From Terrimicrobiaceae bacterium (GTDB lineage: Bacteria > Verrucomicrobiota > Verrucomicrobiia > Chthoniobacterales > Terrimicrobiaceae): DNA of 64,000 nt. The DNA lies in assembly GCA_044342325.1 (NCBI GenBank), contig JBIIPZ010000010.1:16540-80539 (forward strand), given 5' to 3'. The translations under genes and the position numbers were made by a program. Shown in pieces: positions 30,540 through 40,700 of the stretch (position 1 is the stretch's first letter; the number at the start of each line of letters is the position of its first letter). A model generated the notes under the pieces. That model made no database searches. It saw only the letters and a list, made by a program, of their open reading frames with translations, and was not told where the DNA came from.

Positions 30540-32450
30540 TCACGGAGTCTTCAGCAACGCCTGGATGGCCTTGGCAGCCGGTTTCATCCGGCCATGGAAG
30601 TCGAGGATGGAAGTGTTCGCGAGACACGGGAACGAATCATGGCCCATCCAGATGATGAATCCGCCGATGGCCGGGAAGCGGTTCCTGCAGGAGGTCAGCG
30701 CGCGGATGAGCGCCCTGGCCTGGTGCTCCTGGCTCCAGCCGACATAGTCCTCGATGGTTTGCGGTTTGCCGCCGTTTTCGGCCATATAGGTCTCTTGGTC
30801 CACCCACCAGAAAAAGCGCCGCCAATAGATGTTTTCAACACCCACCGGGAGCAGGTCGCAATCCGGGTAGAATTCCTTAAGAATCTCCATGGAGCTGGCT
30901 CCGGGCGCGCCGGTTTCGCTTCGGAAGAGGGCATCGTCTTTTTTCCAGTAGCTTTCCGACTCGATGCGCCACGGCCCGTGGACATCCCAGTGGCAGCCTT
31001 TGCCGAAGTCCTTTTCCTCAGCGACAAAAATCGGACCCGAGGAGGAGCACGGCAGGAAACGGGTGGATGGATCCTCCGCCGCGCAAATTTCCGCAAAACG
31101 GGCGAGCATCGGATGCGCGGCGCTGAGCGGGAGGCCGATGCCGGGACCACCCCCAGGGGCGGTTTGCAGCTCATTGCCCCCGCACCAGATCAACAGCGAG
31201 GCATGGTGCCTGCGCCGCCGGATGTAGCTCCTTGCGACTTCGCCCCAAGCTTCGATGGTTTCGGGATCGGAGGGCGGCTCGTTGTCGGGCCCGGACGAGG
31301 AGAGCGGAAACTCCTGCCAGACCAGAAGTCCCATCTCATCGCAAAGACGGTAGAAAATTTCCTTCTCAAGAAAGGCGCCGCCCCAGACCCGCAGCACATT
31401 GAAACCGATTTCCTTGTAGGCCTGCAGGCGCAGGCGGTAGTCCGCCTCGGTCACATCCGCGTAATGCGCGCGGATCGGCGTCCAGTTTACCCCGACTAAA
31501 AAGACTTTCGCGCCGTTGAGTTCGCAAATCCAAGGATCCGCCGCAGAAGGCGCGCCGGCGCACGGCACCCAGGCGACATGCTTGAATCCAACCGCCTCGT
31601 CACGACGATCCAACACCATGCCGCTGGCATCGCGCAGTTCCAGGCCGAGCCGATAGAGACGCGATTCCCCCCGCCCGTTGCACTGCCAAGGAGCGACCGG
31701 AAGGCCTGACACGGAAACGCCTCTGACCAGTTCACTGCCCGGAAAGGAACGGAGCGTCGCCCCGTCGAGCTGGACCTCCAATATCGTCCCCTCAGGAACA
31801 TCCCCTTTGAGCGTCAGGATGCCGGTGTCGGCGGCAAGATCGAAATCGGCGCGGATGCCAAGTGTCTCCAGCACGGGCTCGCAATCGATCTCCAGGCGGA
31901 TCTCATCCCATATGCCGATCTGCACATTGCGGGGCATCCAGTCCCAAGCATAGTTGAACCGGGCTTTGAGGTCGCGGATTCGCGAGGAAATATTGGGAGT
32001 CCCATTGAAGCGCGGCAGGTCGCTGAAGATGATTTCCAGGCGGTTGACCTCCTGCAAGGGCACGGCGCTGAGATCGAAGGCATGCGGCACATAGCCATTG
32101 CGAAAGGTTCCCACGCGGGTGCGGTTGAGGAATACCTCGCCGTAGCCATCGAGGCCCAGGCAACGCAAAACCCGGCTCTTGCCCTCCAGTTCGCTCCGGG
32201 GAATCTCGACTGCAAAAATCCAGTCGCGGTGATCGACCCACTCGCACTTGTAGGAGTTGAGTTTCTTGTTCCAGTCGGGGATGACGCCCGCATGGAGCAA
32301 TGCCTGGTGCACCGAGCCCGGCACCTTGGCGGGCACCGGCGCAATTTCGGGAATGCAGGGTATGGCCTGCTCGAGCGTCCGCCCCATGGCCCAGGAAGTG
32401 GGTGAGTAACCGGCCAGCGACCACTCGCGTTGAGAGAGATTAAGAATCAT
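30540..32450 (-). CDS. Glycoside hydrolase family 2 (beta-mannosidase-like)
   Basis: AKVPGSVH, FNYAWDW, GVNWTP, LRVWGG, CDEMGLLVWQEF, WCGGNE and FRSETG motifs. Confidence 0.88.
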   Translation of the reverse strand: MILNLSQREWSLAGYSPTSWAMGRTLEQAIPCIPEIAPVPAKVPGSVHQALLHAGVIPDWNKKLNSYKCEWVDHRDWIFAVEIPRSELEGKSRVLRCLGLDGYGEVFLNRTRVGTFRNGYVPHAFDLSAVPLQEVNRLEIIFSDLPRFNGTPNISSRIRDLKARFNYAWDWMPRNVQIGIWDEIRLEIDCEPVLETLGIRADFDLAADTGILTLKGDVPEGTILEVQLDGATLRSFPGSELVRGVSVSGLPVAPWQCNGRGESRLYRLGLELRDASGMVLDRRDEAVGFKHVAWVPCAGAPSAADPWICELNGAKVFLVGVNWTPIRAHYADVTEADYRLRLQAYKEIGFNVLRVWGGAFLEKEIFYRLCDEMGLLVWQEFPLSSSGPDNEPPSDPETIEAWGEVARSYIRRRRHHASLLIWCGGNELQTAPGGGPGIGLPLSAAHPMLARFAEICAAEDPSTRFLPCSSSGPIFVAEEKDFGKGCHWDVHGPWRIESESYWKKDDALFRSETGAPGASSMEILKEFYPDCDLLPVGVENIYWRRFFWWVDQETYMAENGGKPQTIEDYVGWSQEHQARALIRALTSCRNRFPAIGGFIIWMGHDSFPCLANTSILDFHGRMKPAAKAIQALLKTP

Positions 32451-32487
32451 GAATGGGTTGGATTAATCCTCGAGAGTTCGCGTTTGG

Positions 32488-33519
32488 TTATTCGAGGCCT
32501 TCAGGAATCTTGACCACTCTTCGGGTGCGGGCGGATTCCTCGGCCGCGAAGACCACCTGCACGGCGCGGGCGCCGTCCTGGAGCGAGGGGTAACATTCGC
32601 CGCCTTGCCGGATGGCGCGGTGAAAATTCCTCAAGTTGCCGCAGAGATCTTCTTCTCCAATGAGCGGCACGGACTCGAGAGGCTCTACACCATTGACTCC
32701 GGAGACTTTCTGAAGCTGCAAAGTGGTGCCCTCGCTGAAATACCGGTCGTTGCGGTAGAGGTTCGCCTTGGTGCCGTAGAGGCTGAGCGTGTGCCGGTAG
32801 GGCGTGACATGGTAGGCATTCAGCGTTCCGACCAGGCCGGAGGCGAATTGAAAGTGGCAAATGGCGACATCCGCCGTGCCGGTCGTATGCACATCGTAGC
32901 GCATCAGCGCCGAGACCTCGGTGATCGGGCCGAAGTAATACATCAGCTCATGAAAACCATGGACGCCGCACTGGAAGAGCATTCCGCCGGGGTTCTTCGC
33001 CGCATCGCCTCGCCAGTCGCCGGGCTGGATTTTGAGGCCTCCCGAGTGGGCTGTGGTTTTTTCAAATGTCGCGATAGTTCCCAGCGCGCCGCTATCGATT
33101 AGGTCTTTTGTCGTGCGCGATGTGCGGCAGGTGGAGTGATCCGCGTGGCCCACAGCCACGACGCGTCCTGTGCGGCGCTGTGTTTCCAACAAAAGCTCGA
33201 CCTCCTCCGGAGTGGAGCAGAGCGGCTTCTCAACAAAAACATGCAGCCCTTTTTCCATCGCCCGCACCATGTGGTCCGCATGATCCTTTCCGCCGCTGCA
33301 AATGATGACGGCCTCGATGTCCGGAGTCTCCAAAAGCTCGTCATAACTGCCCACCGGCTGCGCCCCATCCTCTGCCACACAGGCCGCAAGCGCCGCGGGA
33401 TTTAAATCATAGGCCGCCATCAAATCAAAGAGCCCACTTTCCCTCAGGCGCTCGCGCCGATACCCGCCGAAATTCGCAACGCCAACCTGTGCTACTTTGA
33501 TTTTTTCAGAAGAGATCAT
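32488..33519 (-). CDS. Gfo/Idh/MocA family oxidoreductase
   Basis: HVFVEKP, WRGD...PGGMLFQCGVH. Confidence 0.9.
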   Translation of the reverse strand: MISSEKIKVAQVGVANFGGYRRERLRESGLFDLMAAYDLNPAALAACVAEDGAQPVGSYDELLETPDIEAVIICSGGKDHADHMVRAMEKGLHVFVEKPLCSTPEEVELLLETQRRTGRVVAVGHADHSTCRTSRTTKDLIDSGALGTIATFEKTTAHSGGLKIQPGDWRGDAAKNPGGMLFQCGVHGFHELMYYFGPITEVSALMRYDVHTTGTADVAICHFQFASGLVGTLNAYHVTPYRHTLSLYGTKANLYRNDRYFSEGTTLQLQKVSGVNGVEPLESVPLIGEEDLCGNLRNFHRAIRQGGECYPSLQDGARAVQVVFAAEESARTRRVVKIPEGLE

Positions 33520-33591
33520 TGAAAATGGGAATATGCCAATTCTAAAACCAAGAGCAATTACATTGTTTTATTTTTTTATAATTAGTTTTAA

Positions 33592-33912
33592 AGCGGCGCA
33601 GGCGATAGGCGTGGTTTGGGCGAAGCGCATCCTGTAGCGGCGTCTCTATGAGCGCCGGGGAGGTGCTTCGCCCTCGCGAAACACATTTTTCAACCACGAA
33701 TTGCTCGATTTTTCACGAATGGGGAGCGGCTTCGCCGGAGATTCTCCTTGCTGGTTTTATTCGTGTTCATTCGGGCTATTCGTGGTTTAGGGACAGCCGT
33801 GCAGGATGGGCGCAGGGCGGCGTTCGACCATCGAGGAGGTTCCGGCGCGGGTGTCTTTCGCGGTCGACGCTCCATTTTTTGCCCGTCGCACATTAAGAAC
33901 CGCCTGGAAATT
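33592..33912. repeat. Mosaic REP/REPIN-like spacer A, including 96-bp palindrome AACCACGAA...TTCGTGGTT (33692-33787)
   Basis: 33682-33849 is repeated at 34768-34935; 33632-33787 is repeated inverted at about 47113-47268. Confidence 0.85.
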
Positions 33913-33934
33913 CACATCGACCTTGATGGGATGC

Positions 33935-33956
33935 CTACAATGTGATCACATTGTAG
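33935..33956. promoter_or_regulatory. Perfect 22-bp palindrome, probable autoregulatory operator of the mazEF-type pair
   Basis: CTACAATGTGATCACATTGTAG ends 1 bp before the antitoxin ATG. Confidence 0.75.
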
Positions 33957-33957
33957 T

Positions 33958-34212
33958 ATGACTACATCGCTTATCGCCATTGGAAACTCGCGTGGCATAC
34001 GAATTCCGAAGCCACTTATTGAGCAATGCGGACTACTAAACGAGGTGGAGATGGAGGTGCGGGATGATGCGATTGTATTAAGGTCTCCCCGGTCGCCGCG
34101 TGCAGGATGGGACAAGGCTTTCGCTCAAATGGCCCGATTGGGAGACGATGCCCTGCTGCACAGCGAGCCCCGTCCTTCGAAATGGGATGAGGAGGAGTGG
34201 GAGTGGAAATAA
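33958..34212 (+). CDS. mazE: AbrB/MazE family antitoxin
   Basis: IAIGNSRGIRIPKPLIEQCGL AbrB motif; overlaps toxin start. Confidence 0.9.
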   Translation: MTTSLIAIGNSRGIRIPKPLIEQCGLLNEVEMEVRDDAIVLRSPRSPRAGWDKAFAQMARLGDDALLHSEPRPSKWDEEEWEWK

Positions 34213-34526
34213 GGAGATTCGAGGTTTATCTCGTGACACTCGATCCGACCCGTGGACGGGAAATCTCAAAAACACGACCTTGCGTCGTTGTATCGCCGGA
34301 TGAAATGAATCGCCATATCGGGACGGTAATCATTGCACCGCTGACAAGCCGAACTCGAAGCTACCCATCGAGGGTTGATTGCTCATTTCAAGGCAAACAA
34401 GGACAAGTGGTGCTCGATCAGATAAGAACCGTAGACAAGAGTCGCATGGTAAAGCGCCTCGGCAAGCTCTCCGCAGCAACAAGCGCAAAGGTGGCGGATG
34501 GTCTTATGGAGATGTTTCGCAAATAG
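34203..34526 (+). CDS. mazF: PemK/MazF family endoribonuclease toxin
   Basis: VYLVTLDPTRGREISKTRPCVVVS, IIAPLTS, LDQIRTVDKSR; start could also be 34197. Confidence 0.92.
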   Translation: MEIRRFEVYLVTLDPTRGREISKTRPCVVVSPDEMNRHIGTVIIAPLTSRTRSYPSRVDCSFQGKQGQVVLDQIRTVDKSRMVKRLGKLSAATSAKVADGLMEMFRK

Positions 34527-34531
34527 GTCTC

Positions 34532-35260
34532 GGCGGCGCAGGCGAGAAGCTGGGTTCGGGCGGTTTTGGAGCAGAGAGGAGCATCGCTCTCGCATGCCCC
34601 ATTTTTCAGCTGCGAAGCGGCGTCTCTGCTGGATGCGATGGCGGCCTTGCCGCGCAAATGGGTCAGCGGCGGCCTCCGGCTCGTAGCCTACGCCTCGGAG
34701 AGCGCGCCGACCCTACCCTAGATCTACGAGCGCGCTGCCGCGCGGGTCGTGCATCGTCCTCGCATGGCACATTTTTCAACCACGAATTGCACAATTTTTC
34801 ACGAATGGGGAGCGGCTTCGCCGGAGATTCTCCTTGCTGGTTTTATTCGTGTTCATTCGGTCTATTCGTGGTTCAAGGACATCCGGGCAGCAGGGGCGCA
34901 GCGCGGCGTTCGACCATCGAGGAGGTTCCGGCGCGCGGCGTGATGGGAACGAGGCGGCGTGGTGGCGAGCCATTCAGTCTTGGGTCAAGCCGGAGGTTGA
35001 CCCTCCAAGGGTTTGCGCGCGGCAGCGCGCTTCGTTATTCCGGGAGGGGCATCGTCCTCGCATGACCCATTCTTCAGCCGCGCTTCCTGCTCGTAGCGCA
35101 GCGCGCGGAGAGAAGCGGCGTTTCTTCTGGATACAATGGCGGCCTTGCCGCGCAAATGGGTCAGCGGCGGCCTCCGGCTCGTAGCCTACGCCTCGGAGAG
35201 CGCGCCGACCCTACCTTGGATGAACGAGGGCTCTCCGCGCAGGACCGCCTGGCGGAAATC
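34532..35260. repeat. Mosaic REP/REPIN-like spacer B
   Basis: Internal duplication (about 34638-34717 and 35136-35215), 96-bp palindrome 34778-34873, modules shared with the other spacers. Confidence 0.85.
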
Positions 35261-35261
35261 C

Positions 35262-36023
35262 TCACAGCGGCTTATGCGGCTCGGCAAGAGCTACTCCCTG
35301 AATCAGCAATTCATCGACCAGCATCTCGGCACTGAGGCCGGCGCGTGGTAAATAATATTCATTAGGGTGCGCTCCGAGAAATACATTCAATGTTTCAGGA
35401 GCCACGCCGTCCACTTGCTCATCAATGAGAACATTTCCGTTATCGCTGATTTTCAAGTTACTTCCATCTCCACCTGCATCGGTTTTTACCACCACGGCTA
35501 TGTGATGCCATTGCTCGTCGAGAAGATCGCTGGCTACGGATTTAGTGAACCACTTGGAGGTTCCCAACTTGAACATCGAATTTAATTTTCCGGCTTGGTC
35601 CACTTGGAGCCCAATGCATAGCGCTTTCTCATCCTGCCCGCCCGGGTTTAAGATGCAACCGATATGACCGGGCCCTGAAAGTTTGACCCAAAAGCTCACA
35701 GTGAATTCCGCCTCCGCCAACTTAATTCCAGAAGTGGATAAAGTATTCTCGGGTTTGAGGGAGAGTGCCTGCCCGAGATTGGAAGGGCCAGATGCAAAAA
35801 CGGGCTCAGCAGGCGAACGATTGGACCCGCTCTCCGTGGGGGTTTCCAGAGCGTCAAGTTTAAGACGCCCGCTATCGCCTTCGAGACTTCCATCAAAACT
35901 CCAATAACTGAGCGTATCCCCATTCGGCGTATTGGCGCGCGGCCAGGAGAATTCGGCATGAGAGACGCTGAGAGAGAGAAGCGAGGCAGCCAGTGTATTG
36001 AACAGCAGTTTGGTGGATTTCAT
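35262..36023 (-). CDS. Secreted LamG/concanavalin A-like jelly-roll protein
   Basis: Signal peptide; YWSFDG, FTVSFWVK, QWHHIAVV and VDELLI motifs. Confidence 0.8.
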   Translation of the reverse strand: MKSTKLLFNTLAASLLSLSVSHAEFSWPRANTPNGDTLSYWSFDGSLEGDSGRLKLDALETPTESGSNRSPAEPVFASGPSNLGQALSLKPENTLSTSGIKLAEAEFTVSFWVKLSGPGHIGCILNPGGQDEKALCIGLQVDQAGKLNSMFKLGTSKWFTKSVASDLLDEQWHHIAVVVKTDAGGDGSNLKISDNGNVLIDEQVDGVAPETLNVFLGAHPNEYYLPRAGLSAEMLVDELLIQGVALAEPHKPL

Positions 36024-36159
36024 AGGGTTTTTTGAGGGTTGCAGATTTAAGATTTTGAATTCTGATCTGAGCGTGTCAATAAAAACTTAAGGTTCAAAAT
36101 AAAAATCAATGTATTTTCAGTGGAGTCCGGCAAATGGGAATGCTCAGCTTGGGATGCTC

Positions 36160-36486
36160 GACAAAATCATGGATGGCAGAATCATTTTTTTGATGGAGCG
36201 GGCGCGCTGCCGCGCGATTGCTGAAGCGGCGTCTCTATGAGCGCCGAGGGGGGACTCCGATTCGGCAGTCATAGACAGCCGCTACAAACCCGCGCGGCAG
36301 AGCGCTATTCGTGTTCATTCGGGGTATTCGTGGTTCATGGACATCCGGGCAGGATGGGATTTGGGCGGCTTTTGAGCGGGGTGGTGTCCGGGAGTCATCC
36401 CGCGCCTTCCGTGGAGGAATTTGGGCCATGCCAACCGAAGCCACGGGCGTGGCGTAGGAAGCACATCGCAGATGGCCCGGAGGGCG
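36160..36486. repeat. Mosaic REP/REPIN-like spacer C
   Basis: AGCGGCGTCTCTATGAGCGCCG...CGGCAGTCATAGACAGCCGCTAC hairpin pair; 57 bp (36430-36486) identical to 45678-45734. Confidence 0.8.
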
Positions 36487-36511
36487 AATTGGTTTCGAAA
36501 ATAATCCACCT

Positions 36512-36550
36512 TTGACAACCGGGCTTCCATCGTAATACATTCGGTATGAC
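36512..36550 (+). promoter_or_regulatory. Sigma70-like promoter with overlapping inverted-repeat operator
   Basis: TTGACA 36512-36517, TACATT 36536-36541; GTAATAC-N5-GTATGAC abuts the ATG. Confidence 0.6.
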
Positions 36551-36775
36551 ATGAAGACCATCACGGCAAAAATCCCTGATGCCCTGAACGAGAAACTCAG
36601 GAAATCCGCCGCTCTGAAGAAGGAGCATTTTTCCGAAATCATCCGGCGTGCGTTGACGCGGGAGCTTGATGGCGATGTGGACTTCGCTGCCATGGCCGCA
36701 CCGTATTGCGGGATGTTCAGCGGTCCCTCGGACCTCTCCACGCGCGAGGGCTATGGAAGTCCGGACAATCGTTGA
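36551..36775 (+). CDS. Ribbon-helix-helix (CopG-like) antitoxin
   Basis: MKTITAKIPDALNEKLRK...SEIIRRAL and GPSDLST motifs; upstream of PIN gene. Confidence 0.82.
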   Translation: MKTITAKIPDALNEKLRKSAALKKEHFSEIIRRALTRELDGDVDFAAMAAPYCGMFSGPSDLSTREGYGSPDNR

Positions 36776-37166
36776 TGCCGGTCCGTTGATCGGTTGGCTC
36801 AATTCCACCGACCAATGGCACAGGTGGAGTGTGTCTGTTCTTCAAAAAGTCAAAGGCCCGATCCACACAAGCGAGGTTGTGCTTGGCGAAGCCTGTTGGA
36901 ATCTGGGAGGTAACACCAAGCCCGTTCACGCCTTGCTCAGCTTGGTTGGCAAGGGATCCATCCAGCTTTTGCGGCCTTGGCCCGAAAATCTCACCCGCAC
37001 GCAGGAACTGATGCTCAAGTATCCCACGATGGACGCCGGCGATGCCTCGATCGTTGTTCTGTCCGAACAGAATCCCAAGGCGCAAATCATCACCACAGAC
37101 CGCGCGGATTTTTCGATATACCGCCGCTTCCGCTCCCAAAAAATCCCCGCCATTTTTCCGAGGTAA
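36753..37166 (+). CDS. vapC: PIN-domain toxin
   Basis: IVDAGPL, DQWH, VLGE, MDAGDAS and TTDRADFSIYR acidic PIN motifs. Confidence 0.85.
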   Translation: MEVRTIVDAGPLIGWLNSTDQWHRWSVSVLQKVKGPIHTSEVVLGEACWNLGGNTKPVHALLSLVGKGSIQLLRPWPENLTRTQELMLKYPTMDAGDASIVVLSEQNPKAQIITTDRADFSIYRRFRSQKIPAIFPR

Positions 37167-37229
37167 CGAGAGTTTGCATTTGAGGGAATCAAGCCTGCCC
37201 TCACACGAAATATCTTTTACCGTAGTGCG

Positions 37230-37735
37230 GTCTCGTGCGGCACGAGGCCCATTTTTCAGCCGTGCTTCCGGCTCGTAGCGCAGCGCGCGGAGAGAAGCGG
37301 CGTAGATGCTGTAAGTGTCGTGGCATTCGCCTACGACACTTACACCAACCCCTCAAAAAACAACGGGGTGCTCGACGCAACGCTTACGTAGAGCCTACGG
37401 GTCGGAGAGAAGCGGCGTGCCAGGGGAGCATGACCGTCTCGGTCGTGTAGGCGCAAGGCGGGGTTCGCCCATCGATGAGGTTGCGGCGCGAGTGCCTTTC
37501 ACGCTCGAGACGAGCGTGCTCCCCTCTTTCGCGCTGCCGCGCGCTTCGTTACTTGGGAGGGTCGACCTCCGGCTTGACCCATTTTTCAGCCGCGCTTCCG
37601 GCTCGTAGCGCAGCGCGCGGAGAGAAGCGGCGTTTCTGCGGGAGTTGCTTTGCGCGTTTTGCGGGGTGGTGTCTGGGAGTCATTCAGCGCCTTCCGAGGA
37701 GGAATTTGGGTCAAGCCGGAGGTTGACCCTCCCGG
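37230..37735. repeat. Mosaic REP/REPIN-like spacer D
   Basis: Duplicated 37248-37303/37578-37633; inverted REP pair 37556-37581/37707-37732; 37469-37542 similar to 45496-45570. Confidence 0.85.
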
Positions 37736-40700
37736 GGTTTTCGATTGGCTCGGCGACGGAGGTATTGGACGGCGAGGCCTGCGAGGAGGGCGAGGGCGTA
37801 GAAGTAGGTTTCGGTTTCGGGGACGGCTATGATGAGGCTGCCATTACCTTCGAAGCCACTGACTTCAAATCCGTTGCCGATGAATCCACTGCCACTGCCG
37901 CTGTAGAAGCTGATTTTTGCGAGGTCGGAAGCCACGAGGGAATTATCGGTAAAGACAAGGTTGCTGGGGGTTAGATAATTGTTGACTGGATCACCGTAGC
38001 GCGGCACTCCGCTCCAGTTCCAGATGGCCAGGTTGGCGCTGGGCGCCCAGGAGCCTACGCCGCTGAAGCGAAGCGTGCCGACGAAGCCGGCAAAGTCGAT
38101 GATGGAATCCTTGCTCAGGGTGAGGAGTCCGACATTCTCGTTGAATGTTCCACTTACGGCCAGGGTGCCGCCATCGAGGTTGATATTTGTGCTGTCGCTG
38201 ACGGCGTTTGCGGCGGTGACGAGGAAGGAGCCGCCGGTGACATTGACTACTGTGGTGTTGCCCATGGCTCCGGTTGCGGCGGCTTGGAGCGTGCCGCTGT
38301 TGACCGTGGTGCTGCCGGTGAAGCCACTGTTGTCGCCAGTGAGGACTTGGGTGCTGGCGCCGTCTTTCACGAGGGCGGAGTTGGAGGCGCCTGTGATGCG
38401 GCCGGCGTAGGTGGTGCTGCCGCTTGTCGCGTTGATTGTGAGGGTATTGGCGCCGAGGGTGACATTTGAGCTGGCGGCGCCGGTGAGCGAGGCCACGGAT
38501 TGGCTGGCGCCGAGGGCGAGTGTGGAGCTGCCGGTGCCGGTGGTGTCGATCGAGATGGCGGATCGGCCGTTGGCTGTCGGCAGGGCGTTGGTGACATTGG
38601 CGTTCAGGGTGGCACCGTTGATGATGCTGGTTGGGCCGTTGTAGGTATTCGCGTTGGCGAGCGTGGTGGTGCCGCCGTCGATGACGAGGTCGGAGTTGGC
38701 AGAGGAGCCACTGATGACGCCGCTCACCGTGATGCCGTTGCTACCGCCTGCGAGGGTGAGTGTGGTGCCGTTTTTGCTGAGGGCGCCGGAGAGGGTGAGG
38801 AGGCCGGTGCCGCTGTTGCGGATGGTGCCGGTGCTGCCTGTGGCGCCGGTGATGGAGATGTCGCGGGTCAAGTTGCCTGCAGCGCCGTTGTAGATGAGTG
38901 CGGTGGCGTTGGCGAGGTTGACGCCGGAGGTGGAGCCGAGGGCTGAGACACTGCTGATCGAGAGGTTCCCGGCGCTGATGGTGGTGGCACCGCTGTAGGT
39001 GTTGCTGCCATTCAGGGTGAAGGTGCCACTGCCTGTTTTTATGAGGCCGTTGGTGCCGGCGAGGATTGCGCTGACCGTGCCGTTTTGCATGGCGTAGTTT
39101 CCACCGTTGTTGGTGATTGTGCCGTTGACCAGTGTGCCGCCGCTGATGCTGGTGATGGTGTTGGTGAGGCTCTTGCCGCCCATGTCCAGTGTGCCGCCGG
39201 TGAGGCTGATCGTGCTGGTGCCGAGCGTGCCGTTGCCGGAGAGGAGCAGCGTGCCATCCGCAACCACCGTGCTTCCGCTTAGGGTGTTATTTCTGGAAAG
39301 CGTGACGGTGCCACTGCCATTTTTGGTCAATGTGCCACTGCCGGCGAGGATGGTCGAGACAGAGCCGTTTTGGAGGATATAGCCGTCGGTTGCGGTGAGT
39401 GTTGACGTGAAAACTCCTCCAAGTTCAATGACATTTCCATTTGTAAGCGTGAGGAGAGAAATAGCGTTATCCCTATTTTGCATATCCAATGTGCCCCCGT
39501 TTATCGTCACGTTATTGGAAGCCGAGATGACATTGCCCTCACCTAAACGCAATGTTCCTGCATTGATCACGACGCCTCCCGTAAAGGAGTTTGACGCACT
39601 GTTAATTTGCATAGTCCCTGTGCCATTGAGCGTTATGCCACCGGATCCGCTAATGACTCCACTGAAAGCGAGAGTGCTGCTGGAATTCCAGAGAAGTGTG
39701 CCATTATTGGCGATATTTCCGGCCCCATTGAGAGTTCCTGAACCAGCGATCTCCAGAATTCCGGCTGAAATGGTCGTGCCACCGCTGTAGGAATTGCTGC
39801 CGGTGAGCCGGAGGGTGCCGGCGCCTGCTTTGGTGAGGGAGGAGGAGGCGCCGGAGATGACGCCGCCGACGGTGAGGTTGCCGCTGGTGAGGGTGATTGT
39901 GCGCGAGGCGGAGTTGCCGAGGGCGACTGTGCCGGTGCCGAGGTTGAGATCATTTGTGCCGGCGAAGGCGAAGTTGGCATTCCAGTTTTGGGTATTGTTG
40001 CTGGTAAGGGTGATACTGGTGCCGCTGGTGTTGTTGAGGGTGCCGCCGTTGATAGTGAGCGCGCCGGTGCCGATGGCGGTGGAGTTATTGAGCACCAGGG
40101 TGCCGCTGTTGAGCGTGGTGCCCCCGGAGTAGGTATTGGCGGAGGAGAGGGTGAGGTTGCCTGTGCCGCTCTGGGCCAGCGAACCACTGCCACCGATGGC
40201 TGTGGAGGTGAAATCCGTGCCTTGGGCGAGATTGTTCGAGCGGTTGAATGTGAGCACGCCGTTGTTTGTGATCGTGCTGCTGGTGGAGAGGGAGCCAGTG
40301 GTGCCTCCGTTGCCGATCTGGAGGCCGCCGGCGGTGATCGTGGTGGTGCCGGTGTAGGTGTTGCCGCCAGTGAGCGTGAGGGTGCCGGAGCCGGTTTTCA
40401 CAAGCGCGCCACCTGCGCCGCCCATGCTGCCGCTGAATGTGGTGCTGGTGTTGTCGCCGCCGACCGTGAGGGTTTTGTTGCCGAGGGCGATGGAGGATCC
40501 GCTGGCACCGGCGATGGAGGCGATCGTCTCGCCGGAGGCGGTGATGGCACTGATATCGAAGCTCGTGCCGCTGGCTGCGAGGTTCATGGTTTCACTGTCG
40601 GCAAGAGCGCCGGAGCCGCTGAGGGCGATGCCGCCGGCTGAGATGGTGATGCCGCCCGTGTGGGTGTTATTCGCAGTGAGCGTGAGGGTGCCAGCGCCTG

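Noticed and set aside
3477..31499. Long plus-strand ORFs (e.g. 3477-5411, 12259-14049, 18222-20234, 20954-22522, 29123-30445)
   Set aside because: Antisense shadows of well-supported minus-strand genes in GC-rich DNA; no recognisable motifs
33648..37974. Short ORFs inside the spacers (e.g. 34379-35065, 36235-36741, 37475-37726)
   Set aside because: They are translations of repeat modules; the same peptides recur wherever the repeat does
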